DNA of 40,974 bases from a virus (Duplodnaviria > Caudoviricetes), in IMG/VR virus record IMGVR_UViG_3300047290_000201, positions 1 to 40,974 of that record, one strand, 5' to 3'. This document shows, piece by piece, positions 1-6,295 of this stretch. The notes beneath the pieces are model-generated. The model was given only the letters and a program-made list of their open reading frames with translations, had not been told where the DNA came from and ran no database searches. Numbering within the stretch: the stretch's first letter is position 1; each line of letters opens with the position of its first letter. A program made the position numbers and the translations under genes.

Positions 1-60
1 TTTGGCGGTCGTAGAGATCAGTTTGACCACCAGGCCTTTGCTGAATGGAGCAGCGGCCGC

Positions 61-381
61 GTGAGCTGCTATAGAACTTTTGCCTGGGATCAAAGAACCC
101 AGGCCCTGCAGTTTGTGCGCAGTTTGGATGTGCCCTACGAGCTGTATGGATTCAGCAAGGGCGCGGAAACTGTGCTGTGGATCGTGCCCCGCGTGACTCG
201 TAGGCCCAGGTACGTGATCACCATAGGTGGTTGGTATTCGGTAAATTTTGATTTTGGTCGCTGGCGAGTGCCTTTTGACAATTGGTTTGACTCCAGCGGC
301 GCTGGCAACACCAGCCCGGGAGTGCATGTGCCCCATGTGCGGCACAGTCACATGCAGGCCTGGGTCAATCAGTTCTATTAG
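61..381 (+). CDS. Small hypothetical protein, possible alpha/beta-hydrolase-like fragment
   Basis: GTG start; YGFSKGA resembles a G-x-S-x-G nucleophile elbow; late H in HSHM. Confidence 0.5.
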   Translation: MSCYRTFAWDQRTQALQFVRSLDVPYELYGFSKGAETVLWIVPRVTRRPRYVITIGGWYSVNFDFGRWRVPFDNWFDSSGAGNTSPGVHVPHVRHSHMQAWVNQFY

Positions 382-459
382 ACCCCTGTACGCGAATTGG
401 TCTAGCGGTCTCTCTCAAAAGGAGACGATATCTGGGTTCGAATCCCAGCAGGGGCACCA
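382..459 (+). tRNA. tRNA-Leu(CAA), short variable loop
   Basis: Anticodon arm TCTCT-CTCAAAA-GGAGA, T arm CTGGG-TTCGAAT-CCCAG, encoded CCA. Confidence 0.88.
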
Positions 460-461
460 GG

Positions 462-519
462 TTGACCACAAACTGTGCTGATCATACAATGCACTGATTG
501 AAACTGTGTTCTTTTACAA
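462..519 (+). promoter_or_regulatory. Sigma70 promoter followed by boxA-like element
   Basis: TTGACC(462)-17bp-TACAAT(485); TGTTCTTTTACAA at 507-519. Confidence 0.65.
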
Positions 520-543
520 AGTGGAGGAGCCAGCACTGCTGGC

Positions 544-634
544 TCCATAGTAGAGCGGGCTGTGGCGGGTCCGCAAGTATGAGTCGCATTCCAAAGAGTG
601 CCCTTGGATTGGACGTAGCCTGTTCTACTATGGA
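544..634 (+). ncRNA. Putative structured RNA closed by long CCATA...TATGG helix
   Basis: TCCATAGTAGAGCGGGCTG pairs with TAGCCTGTTCTACTATGGA including G-U pairs; no ORF. Confidence 0.65.
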
Positions 635-642
635 AAAAATTT

Positions 643-735
643 GGGTGTCTTGATGCTATGGCGTGTGCATCCCCGGACTGTAAATCCGGTCCCTCAGGGT
701 AAACAATCGCGGTTCGAATCCGTGGACACCCACCA
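643..735 (+). tRNA. tRNA-Tyr(GTA)
   Basis: CCGGA-CTGTAAA-TCCGG, long variable arm, CCA. Confidence 0.93.
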
Positions 736-742
736 AATTTAC

Positions 743-819
743 GGGCCCTTAGCTCAGTTGGTCAGAGCGAGCGACTCATAATCGCTGGGTCGGGGGTTCA
801 AGTCCCTCAGGGCCCACCA
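743..819 (+). tRNA. tRNA-Ile2(CAT, lysidine type)
   Basis: GGGCCCTTAGCTCAG...AGCGA-CTCATAA-TCGCT resembles bacterial ileX; CCA. Confidence 0.85.
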
Positions 820-823
820 TTTA

Positions 824-1123
824 TTATACCTTTGGTCCTCGATAGATCAATTGGTATATGAAACCGTTTTGTGATTCGTAATCGCGTTTGACCTGGTAAG
901 TGGGTTGATTTGCTCTGGCTGTTACGGCTGCATCACAGTCCTGTTGGCTGGCCCAAAGGTGAGTTATAATTCGACTGTCTTCGCCATCCGGTACGTTTGA
1001 GGTTGAAATATATCCAGGTTGGCTGCTCCACCAAGATTTCCAGGCAGTTTGTGCTGTTTCGTCGGCCTGTGCCAACCAGGGCACGCCTGCGGGTTTGGTT
1101 ACTCGTATGGTGTGTTCGTACAT
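824..1123 (-). CDS. Hypothetical protein, possible ABM-like dimeric alpha-beta barrel
   Basis: GGAGA RBS and TAAATA late-promoter motif upstream on minus strand; QPGYIS...ITHLWASQQD pattern. Confidence 0.65.
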   Translation of the reverse strand: MYEHTIRVTKPAGVPWLAQADETAQTAWKSWWSSQPGYISTSNVPDGEDSRIITHLWASQQDCDAAVTARANQPTYQVKRDYESQNGFIYQLIYRGPKV

Positions 1124-1169
1124 GTTGAAATCTCCCAGTTGATTTATTTATGGAAAGGATCGCATACGC

Positions 1170-1580
1170 ATGACCCAAAGGATCAAATTATGGAACAGTA
1201 TCAAGGGACCGGTTCGTGAGTTTGGCCAACTGCGGGGCCGTATACTGTGCGGCGCTGAACAGCACGGCGACGAGCTGCGCCTGTATCTCACCGACACGCA
1301 CTATGTGAGATTCTATCACCAGCAGGCTTGCTGCGAGTCGGTGTCAATCGAAGACATCTGCGGTGATCTCAGCGACCTAGTGGGTGAGCCCCTGACCGAG
1401 GCCGAAGAAGTGCGGGGCTACACAGGTCCTGAACAAGATTACGAAAGTTACACCTGGACCTTTTACCGTTTTGCCACGCGTCGTGGTAGTGTCACTGTGC
1501 GCTGGTTGGGGCACAGCAATGGCTACTACAGTGAAAGAGTAAGCGTGGACATCATAGGTGGTCCAGTGGAAGAAGAATAA
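1170..1580 (+). CDS. Conserved phage hypothetical protein
   Basis: HQQACCESVSIEDICGDL, TWTFY and SNGYYSE motifs typical of a widespread phage family. Confidence 0.8.
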   Translation: MTQRIKLWNSIKGPVREFGQLRGRILCGAEQHGDELRLYLTDTHYVRFYHQQACCESVSIEDICGDLSDLVGEPLTEAEEVRGYTGPEQDYESYTWTFYRFATRRGSVTVRWLGHSNGYYSERVSVDIIGGPVEEE

Positions 1581-1581
1581 T

Positions 1582-1659
1582 ACCCCCATAGCTCAGAGGA
1601 CTTAGAGCACTTGCCGGCGAAGCAAGGGGTCGGAGGTTCAAATCCTTCTGGGGGTGCCA
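1582..1659 (+). tRNA. tRNA-Arg(GCG) with G at position 33
   Basis: CTTGC-CGGCGAA-GCAAG anticodon arm; CCA. Confidence 0.85.
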
Positions 1660-1665
1660 TACAAT

Positions 1666-1741
1666 GCCTGGTTGAGCAGAGAGGTTATGCACCTCCCTTA
1701 CAAGGAGGACGATGTTGGTTCGAGTCCAACACCAGGTACCA
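1666..1741 (+). tRNA. tRNA-Val(TAC)
   Basis: CCTCC-CTTACAA-GGAGG; CCA. Confidence 0.93.
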
Positions 1742-1747
1742 AACAAT

Positions 1748-1825
1748 GCAACGGTGGCAGAGAGGCCCAATGCAAGGGACTGCAAATCCCTAAAGCCGCT
1801 GGTTCAAATCCAGCCCGTTGCTCCA
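1748..1825 (+). tRNA. tRNA-Cys(GCA)
   Basis: AGGGA-CTGCAAA-TCCCT; U73 discriminator; CCA. Confidence 0.93.
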
Positions 1826-1832
1826 GACTTTA

Positions 1833-1908
1833 TAGCCAGTTAGCTCAGCGGTAGAGCAATCGGTTGATAACCGATAGGTCATTGGTTCGATCCCAATATT
1901 GGCTACCA
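1833..1908 (+). tRNA. tRNA-Ile(GAT)
   Basis: ATCGG-TTGATAA-CCGAT; CCA. Confidence 0.92.
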
Positions 1909-1914
1909 AACACG

Positions 1915-1989
1915 GGTGATATGGCCTAGACGGATGGGCACGGGACTCATAAGCCCGCGAGGTTGGATCGATACCAACTATCACCACCA
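1915..1989 (+). tRNA. tRNA-Met(CAT), probably elongator
   Basis: CGGG-A-CTCATAA-G-CCCG; T loop ATCGATA; CCA. Confidence 0.82.
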
Positions 1990-1995
1990 AGCTAT

Positions 1996-2078
1996 CGCAA
2001 GTGCAGTGAAGGCGAGCCTGTTATGGGCCAACTGGAGCAGAGGCTGATCACCTTTCGTCCCGCGGGGCGACAAGCGAC
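1996..2078 (+). ncRNA. Possible small structured RNA between tRNAs
   Basis: TCGC/GCGA closure, AGCCT/AGGCT and TCGTCCC/GGGGCGA hairpins. Confidence 0.3.
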
Positions 2079-2085
2079 CCAACAT

Positions 2086-2177
2086 GGAAAGATTAGCCGA
2101 GATGGCCTAGCGGCAGCGGTTTCGAAAACCGAGGGCCCTGCAAGGGGCGTGTGAGTTCGAGTCTCACTCTTTCCGCC
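2086..2177 (+). tRNA. tRNA-Ser(CGA), 3' end reads GCCC rather than GCCA
   Basis: CGGT-TTCGAAA-ACCG, long variable arm, T arm GTGAG-TTCGAGT-CTCAC. Confidence 0.88.
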
Positions 2178-2218
2178 CTTGAGTCAATGTCGAGACTCGA
2201 ACTTTGATAAATAAAGGT

Positions 2219-2881
2219 ATGATATATTATACCGTTTACAAAGTCACAAATAACATCAATGGCAAGATCTACGTAGGATCTCATAAGACCAAAGATCTTA
2301 ACGACAAATATTTTGGGTCAGGCAAGTATCTAAATTATGCTTTTCAGAAATACGGATTAGAGAATTTTACAAAAGAAATACTTTTTGTGTTTGATAATCC
2401 AAAAGACATGTATGCAAAAGAAGCAGAAATTGTCAACGAAAAATTCCTAACTGAAGAAAATACCTATAATCTAAAGCGTGGTGGATTCGGTGGATTTGAT
2501 TACCTGAATGATGTGGAAAAATTCAGTAATCCCACTCACACACAAGATCATATGACAATGATGTCTAACAAAGTGCCGTACGCTACAAAAGTAGCAGCCG
2601 GTATCAAAGGCAATCGAGTGCTAAGACAGATGATAGAAGAAAACGGTGGCGCCTGGTGGCAAAGCTCTGGTTTTTCTGGCAGAACTCATTCTGAGCAGAC
2701 CAAAAGAAAAATTTCAGAATCTGCCAAGATACACAGTAAGGGCAAAAACAATAGCCAATACGGAACAATGTGGATCACAAATGGTATTGAGTCTCAAAAG
2801 ATTGTCCAGGGGTCTCCCGTCCCAAGCGGGTGGTATAAGGGCAGAAAAATGTCAAAAAAACATTGTAGAGACCAGTCATAG
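2219..2881 (+). CDS. GIY-YIG homing endonuclease (Seg-like) with NUMOD3-type motif
   Basis: YTVYKVTNNINGKIYVGSH, YFGSG, YNLKRGG, GRTHSEQTKRKIS, WITNG; AT-rich; TAAATA upstream. Confidence 0.92.
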   Translation: MIYYTVYKVTNNINGKIYVGSHKTKDLNDKYFGSGKYLNYAFQKYGLENFTKEILFVFDNPKDMYAKEAEIVNEKFLTEENTYNLKRGGFGGFDYLNDVEKFSNPTHTQDHMTMMSNKVPYATKVAAGIKGNRVLRQMIEENGGAWWQSSGFSGRTHSEQTKRKISESAKIHSKGKNNSQYGTMWITNGIESQKIVQGSPVPSGWYKGRKMSKKHCRDQS

Positions 2882-2905
2882 TAAACCGAGCTTCAGACTG
2901 TTTGC

Positions 2906-2995
2906 GGAGAGCTGCCAGAGTGGCCTATTGGCCGTGATTGGAAATCACCGGGCGCTGCAAAGCGCACAAAGGTTCGAATCCTTTGCTCTCCGCCA
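2906..2995 (+). tRNA. tRNA-Ser(GGA)
   Basis: GTGA-TTGGAAA-TCAC, long variable arm, GCCA. Confidence 0.92.
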
Positions 2996-3009
2996 TATAT
3001 AACAAAATC

Positions 3010-3083
3010 GCCCCCATAGTTAAATGGCATAACGCAGTCTTGGTAAGACTGAATAGAAAGTTCGATTCTTTCTGGGGGCACCA
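3010..3083 (+). tRNA. tRNA-Thr(GGT)
   Basis: CAGTC-TTGGTAA-GACTG; CCA. Confidence 0.93.
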
Positions 3084-3090
3084 CAACACC

Positions 3091-3180
3091 GGAGGGGCAA
3101 ACCGATTGGCGACGGTACCTGTCTTGAAAACAGTTGAGCCTGAAAAGGCCTTGGGGGTTCGACTCCGCCTCCCTCCGCCA
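3091..3180 (+). tRNA. tRNA-Ser(TGA)
   Basis: CTGT-CTTGAAA-ACAG, long variable arm, GCCA. Confidence 0.9.
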
Positions 3181-3202
3181 CAGTTTTACAAGTGGTATTT
3201 GA

Positions 3203-3278
3203 TCCGCCGAATCCGAGCATGGTGCACGGACTTGCCTGTTAAGCAATGACTAGACTGGTTCGATTCCAGTGGGCGGAG
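3203..3278 (+). tRNA. tRNA-Asn(GTT), divergent, no encoded CCA
   Basis: TTGC-CTGTTAA-GCAA; T arm ACTGG-TTCGATT-CCAGT; ends GCAA. Confidence 0.78.
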
Positions 3279-3292
3279 CAAATGACATTTAT

Positions 3293-3368
3293 TCCCCAGT
3301 AGCTCAGCGGGTAGAGCAGCGCACTGTTAATGCGCGGGTCGGCCGTTCGAACCGGTCCTGGGGAGCCA
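3293..3368 (+). tRNA. tRNA-Asn(GTT)
   Basis: GCGCA-CTGTTAA-TGCGC; GCCA. Confidence 0.93.
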
Positions 3369-3376
3369 AGAACAGA

Positions 3377-3453
3377 TGCGGGGGAGTGAAACGGAATATC
3401 ATTCCAGTCTCATAAGCTGGCGATAGTGGGTTCGACTCCCACACCCGCAACCA
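3377..3453 (+). tRNA. tRNA-Met(CAT), initiator-like acceptor stem
   Basis: TGCGGGG/ACCCGCA-ACCA; CCAGT-CTCATAA-GCTGG. Confidence 0.85.
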
Positions 3454-3459
3454 AAACAT

Positions 3460-3538
3460 GGCCCGTTAGCATAGTCTGGCCTATTGCGCCGCCCTGTCAC
3501 GGCGGAGGACATCGGTTCGAATCCGATACGGGTCGCCA
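3460..3538 (+). tRNA. tRNA-Asp(GTC)
   Basis: CCGCC-CTGTCAC-GGCGG; GCCA. Confidence 0.94.
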
Positions 3539-3541
3539 GCA

Positions 3542-3642
3542 TTGAGATCGCACAGTAAAAACAACGGGCGGGGTGTGCGGGTTCGATTCCCGGTTGAGGC
3601 GGGTGGAAGCCCGGCCTTGGCCGCGCCCAGATCTCAAGACCA
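3542..3642 (+). ncRNA. T-arm-containing non-tRNA structured RNA
   Basis: TTGAGATC/GATCTCAA closure, GGGCG/CGCCC, T arm CGGG-TTCGATT-CCCG, ends ACCA. Confidence 0.55.
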
Positions 3643-3712
3643 GTACTCCTGTCACCACACCCTCACTGAGTGGCGCAGGGAAGGGCAGCGTGAGGGCTGC
3701 CCGAGAGATCCA
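3643..3712 (+). ncRNA. Two-hairpin RNA with complementary loops
   Basis: Loop CCCTCAC (3660-3666) complements GTGAGGG (3690-3696) in hairpin GGGCAGC/GCTGCCC. Confidence 0.45.
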
Positions 3713-3798
3713 GCCCCGGTGGTGGAATTGGCAGACACGCCAGCTTCAGGTGCTGGTGCTCACTGGGCATGGGAGTTCGAGTCTCCCCTGGGGCACCA
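3713..3798 (+). tRNA. tRNA-Leu(CAG)
   Basis: CCAGC-TTCAGGT-GCTGG, variable arm, CCA. Confidence 0.94.
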
Positions 3799-3810
3799 AA
3801 TACACAGTAG

Positions 3811-3892
3811 AATCAATGACTTAGCAGTGGTTGACCACAATAGTCAACTTGCCTATAATAGCGGCATAAGTTAGTAATTGCTCTTTAACAAT
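3811..3892 (+). promoter_or_regulatory. IHF-consensus site + sigma70 promoter + boxA
   Basis: AATCAATGACTTA (3811), TTGACC(3831)-17bp-TATAAT(3854), TGCTCTTTAACAAT (3879-3892). Confidence 0.85.
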
Positions 3893-4016
3893 GCGGCTTT
3901 ATTCACATGCGCATCTGGGCACTCGGCCGATGCCCTGCATAGTGCAGCCGCGCTCCCTTGGGAGCGTTCGAGGTGGATGGTGAAAATCCATTGATGTGCA
4001 GTTGAATAAGGCTGTA
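3892..4016 (+). ncRNA. tRNA-like RNA with extended terminal helix (copy A1)
   Basis: TTCACATGCGCAT...ATGTGCAGTTGAA closure shared with 6296-6410; four internal hairpins. Confidence 0.7.
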
Positions 4017-4114
4017 ACAGTTTATTGGAACATGTGGCGAGATTCCAAAGGGTCGGTGATGTGTAGTGCAGCATCTGCCAATAGTGACCAAACCACCTCT
4101 GAGTCCAAATTTTT

Positions 4115-4259
4115 TGTTGTTATATTGAAGCACACTATTGTCTAATACTCCTCAGCCTAGGGGCTGTGTAGATACCGTTGGGATCGCAACCCAAGCTGGA
4201 CTGCACATGGCTACAGAACCCTTTGACAAGGTCTGGTAGTGTGTTTCAATATGGTAACA
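4115..4259 (+). ncRNA. Structured RNA with ~25-bp terminal helix (copy B1)
   Basis: TATATTGAAGCACACTATT pairs with GGTAGTGTGTTTCAATATG; internal TTGGG-ATCGCAA-CCCAA T-loop-like hairpin. Confidence 0.7.
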
Positions 4260-4393
4260 GGTGGCAGCATGAGCGTGGTGTGATCCTCGAGGTAAGCGCC
4301 CGGACATGCGCTCACTCGTGCAGAGCAGTCGGGCGGCCGCCCGGCCTCGGTGGAGTGAGAGATATGGGTTCGATTCCCATCTACTTGTGACCA
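4253..4393 (+). ncRNA. Enlarged tRNA-like RNA ending in T arm + acceptor-like helix + ACCA (unit C)
   Basis: GGTAACAGGTGG pairs with CTACTTGTGACC; ATGGG-TTCGATT-CCCAT; no normal anticodon arm. Confidence 0.6.
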
Positions 4394-4493
4394 TATTGAA
4401 GCGCATTCAAACACTGTGGCCACAGTGCAGCTGGCAGCAGAGTTGGAATTCCGACTCGTTGGGTTCGATTCCCAGAGTGTGTTTCAATATGGT
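4390..4493 (+). ncRNA. tRNA-like RNA with 19-bp terminal helix (copy B2)
   Basis: ACCATATTGAAGCGCATTC/GAGTGTGTTTCAATATGGT; CACTGT-GGCC-ACAGTG; T arm TGGG-TTCGATT-CCCA. Confidence 0.75.
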
Positions 4494-4505
4494 ATTACCC
4501 TATAT

Positions 4506-4580
4506 GCGGGATTAACTCAGGGGTAGAGTGTCAGCCTTCCAAGCTGTTCGTCAGCGGTTCGAATCCGCTATCCCGCTCCA
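4506..4580 (+). tRNA. tRNA-Gly(TCC)
   Basis: CAGC-CTTCCAA-GCTG; TCCA. Confidence 0.94.
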
Positions 4581-4584
4581 GAAC

Positions 4585-4835
4585 GTGCCGTCTAATCAAC
4601 GGCTAGTCTTACTCAGACGATGAGAAGTGCAGTGATATGCACGAGTGGTTCTGAAGCGTAATAGCTTCACAGTAGAAATACTGCGGTCTAACCTAACCGG
4701 CGCTGGCAATGCGATAATTCCCACTGGTCGTGAAGCGGGTGGAAGCTGTGTGTGATGGCATACGAGAACGACGGCGTAATGGCACGAAAACTTGTATGCT
4801 TGATGCAGTAAATTACCGCCGCAGTGGGGAAGCAC
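4585..4835 (+). ncRNA. manA-motif-like RNA
   Basis: GTGCCG start, GGCTAGT, CCTAACC, TTCCC.../GGGAAGCAC end, GCGGGTGGA with AATTACCGCCGC; order matches my recollection of the phage manA motif. Confidence 0.65.
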
Positions 4836-4838
4836 CTA

Positions 4839-4915
4839 GCCCTGGTGACGGAATTGGTATACGTACTGGTCTTAGAAGCCAGGTTTTGTGGGTTCGAGTC
4901 CCACCTAGGGCACCA
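4839..4915 (+). tRNA. tRNA-Leu(TAG), short variable loop
   Basis: CTGGT-CTTAGAA-GCCAG, variable GTTTT, CCA. Confidence 0.92.
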
Positions 4916-5004
4916 TATTCAAGCACATTCTTGTTAGACTGAAACCCTGGTAGAATGCCAATTGGCCGCTTCCAACCCCGGGCATAGAGTGTGCTCCAAT
5001 CTGG
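4913..5004 (+). ncRNA. Degenerate copy of CCATATTGAAGCACATT-type unit (B3)
   Basis: CCATATTCAAGCACATTCT...AGAGTGTGCTCCAATCTGG fills the whole Leu-Ser spacer. Confidence 0.55.
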
Positions 5005-5094
5005 AGAGTTGGCTGAGTGGCTGAAGGCAGCGGTTTGCTAAACCGTCGACCGGGGAAACCAGGTCCATAGGTTCGAATCCTATACTCTCCGCCA
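5003..5094 (+). tRNA. tRNA-Ser(GCT)
   Basis: GCGGT-TTGCTAA-ACCGT, long variable arm, GCCA. Confidence 0.95.
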
Positions 5095-5105
5095 GAATAC
5101 AAGGC

Positions 5106-5209
5106 AGCGGTAGGTTGCTAGAAGCCTACCCTAACGGGCAGTGCGGGTGGCTCGGCCACCGCTGGGCGACCAGTGAACTGCAACTTCGAGTGCTGGCGGG
5201 CAAGCCGCT
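5106..5209 (+). ncRNA. Putative structured RNA
   Basis: AGCGG/CCGCT closure; GCAGT/ACTGC enclosing GGTGGC/GCCACC and CTGG-GCGA-CCAG hairpins. Confidence 0.45.
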
Positions 5210-5234
5210 ATATTTTTCAATCACGAGGTGACGT

Positions 5235-5717
5235 ATGAAGATGAAGTTGAACATACCGGAAGTGATTGAGTTCATCAGAGCCCAATCGCCCGAAACCCGG
5301 ATCTATCTGGGTTGCGACAGCGAACGCTATCGCATCCGCGACACCTGGTACGCGGACTACATCCTGGCCGTGGTAGTGCACCTGGATGGAAAACATGGCT
5401 GCAAGCTGTTTGGCGAAGTGGTCACCGAACGTGATTACGACCAGCGGCGTGACAGACCCGCTACCAGACTCATGACCGAATGCTACAAGGTCAGTGAGCT
5501 GTATCTCCAGCTGAGTGAAGTGCTGGAGGATCGCGAGGTTGAAGTGCACCTTGACATCAACCCCGACGAGAACTACGGTTCCAGCTGCGTTATCCAGCAG
5601 GCCGTGGGCTACATCAAGGGTGTGTGCAACATCATACCCATGGTCAAACCCGACGCCTTTGCGGCCAGCTACGCCGCGGATCGCATGAAACACGCCCTGG
5701 CACACAGGGCCGCTTGA
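5235..5717 (+). CDS. RNase H-like YkuK (DUF458) family protein
   Basis: IYLGCDS, RLMTE, EVHLDIN, KPDAFAASYAAD motifs; GAGGT RBS. Confidence 0.88.
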   Translation: MKMKLNIPEVIEFIRAQSPETRIYLGCDSERYRIRDTWYADYILAVVVHLDGKHGCKLFGEVVTERDYDQRRDRPATRLMTECYKVSELYLQLSEVLEDREVEVHLDINPDENYGSSCVIQQAVGYIKGVCNIIPMVKPDAFAASYAADRMKHALAHRAA

Positions 5718-5775
5718 TGCAGTGCAGGAAAGCAAACGGATCTGAGGGCCTGCACCCCTGTGAAGATCCAGCTCT

Positions 5776-5850
5776 GCGGGTATAGTTCAGTGGCAGAACG
5801 ACACGTTGCCAACGTGTAGGTCGTCGGTTCGACCCCGACTACCCGCTCCA
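5776..5850 (+). tRNA. tRNA-Gly(GCC)
   Basis: ACACG-TTGCCAA-CGTGT; TCCA. Confidence 0.94.
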
Positions 5851-5857
5851 AATTCAT

Positions 5858-5933
5858 CTGCCTGTAGCGTAGTGGACGACGCATCTGTCTTCTAAACAGA
5901 TATACAGAGGTTCGATTCCTCTCAGGCAGGCCA
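5858..5933 (+). tRNA. tRNA-Arg(TCT)
   Basis: TCTGT-CTTCTAA-ACAGA; GCCA. Confidence 0.92.
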
Positions 5934-5955
5934 TATTCTGGTTAAATACCGTCGT

Positions 5956-6144
5956 ATGTACAAACATGGCATGATGACTCGCGAGCAGTTTGAAGCTGCT
6001 TATCTGGAATACATGAACAGTCGAGGTTATTGGACCGCCGACTATGATGTGGCCAACGAATGGCGCTACTATCAGCGTGGACGGTCTTGGTTTGCGGCAT
6101 GGTCAGACGATCAACTGCCTATCTCGGATACCCTGGGGGATTAG
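5956..6144 (+). CDS. Small hypothetical protein
   Basis: TAAATA 7 nt before ATG; stop lies in the first 10 nt of tRNA-Ala. Confidence 0.55.
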   Translation: MYKHGMMTREQFEAAYLEYMNSRGYWTADYDVANEWRYYQRGRSWFAAWSDDQLPISDTLGD

Positions 6145-6208
6145 TTAAATGGGATAACATCGGCTTTGCAAGCCGAGATTGAGAGTTCGATTCTCTCATC
6201 CTCCACCA
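6135..6208 (+). tRNA. tRNA-Ala(TGC)
   Basis: TCGGC-TTTGCAA-GCCGA; G3-U70; ACCA. Confidence 0.95.
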
Positions 6209-6226
6209 TTTTTGGTTGACCTCAGG

Positions 6227-6286
6227 TTGACCGGGAACGTCATTCAACGTATAGTAGATGATATTGCAGCACACGTTCTTTGACAA
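6227..6286 (+). promoter_or_regulatory. Sigma70 promoter + boxA-like element
   Basis: TTGACC(6227)-17bp-TATAGT(6250); CGTTCTTTGACAA at 6274-6286. Confidence 0.72.
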
Positions 6287-6295
6287 ATTGAAGCA

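Noticed and set aside
2086-2995. GIY-YIG gene as part of a group I intron splitting a tRNA-Ser
   Set aside because: Both flanking tRNA-Ser genes are complete cloverleaves and there is no room for intron core elements; the gene is free-standing.
4253-4393. tmRNA
   Set aside because: Too short, no tag ORF and no Ala-type acceptor stem.
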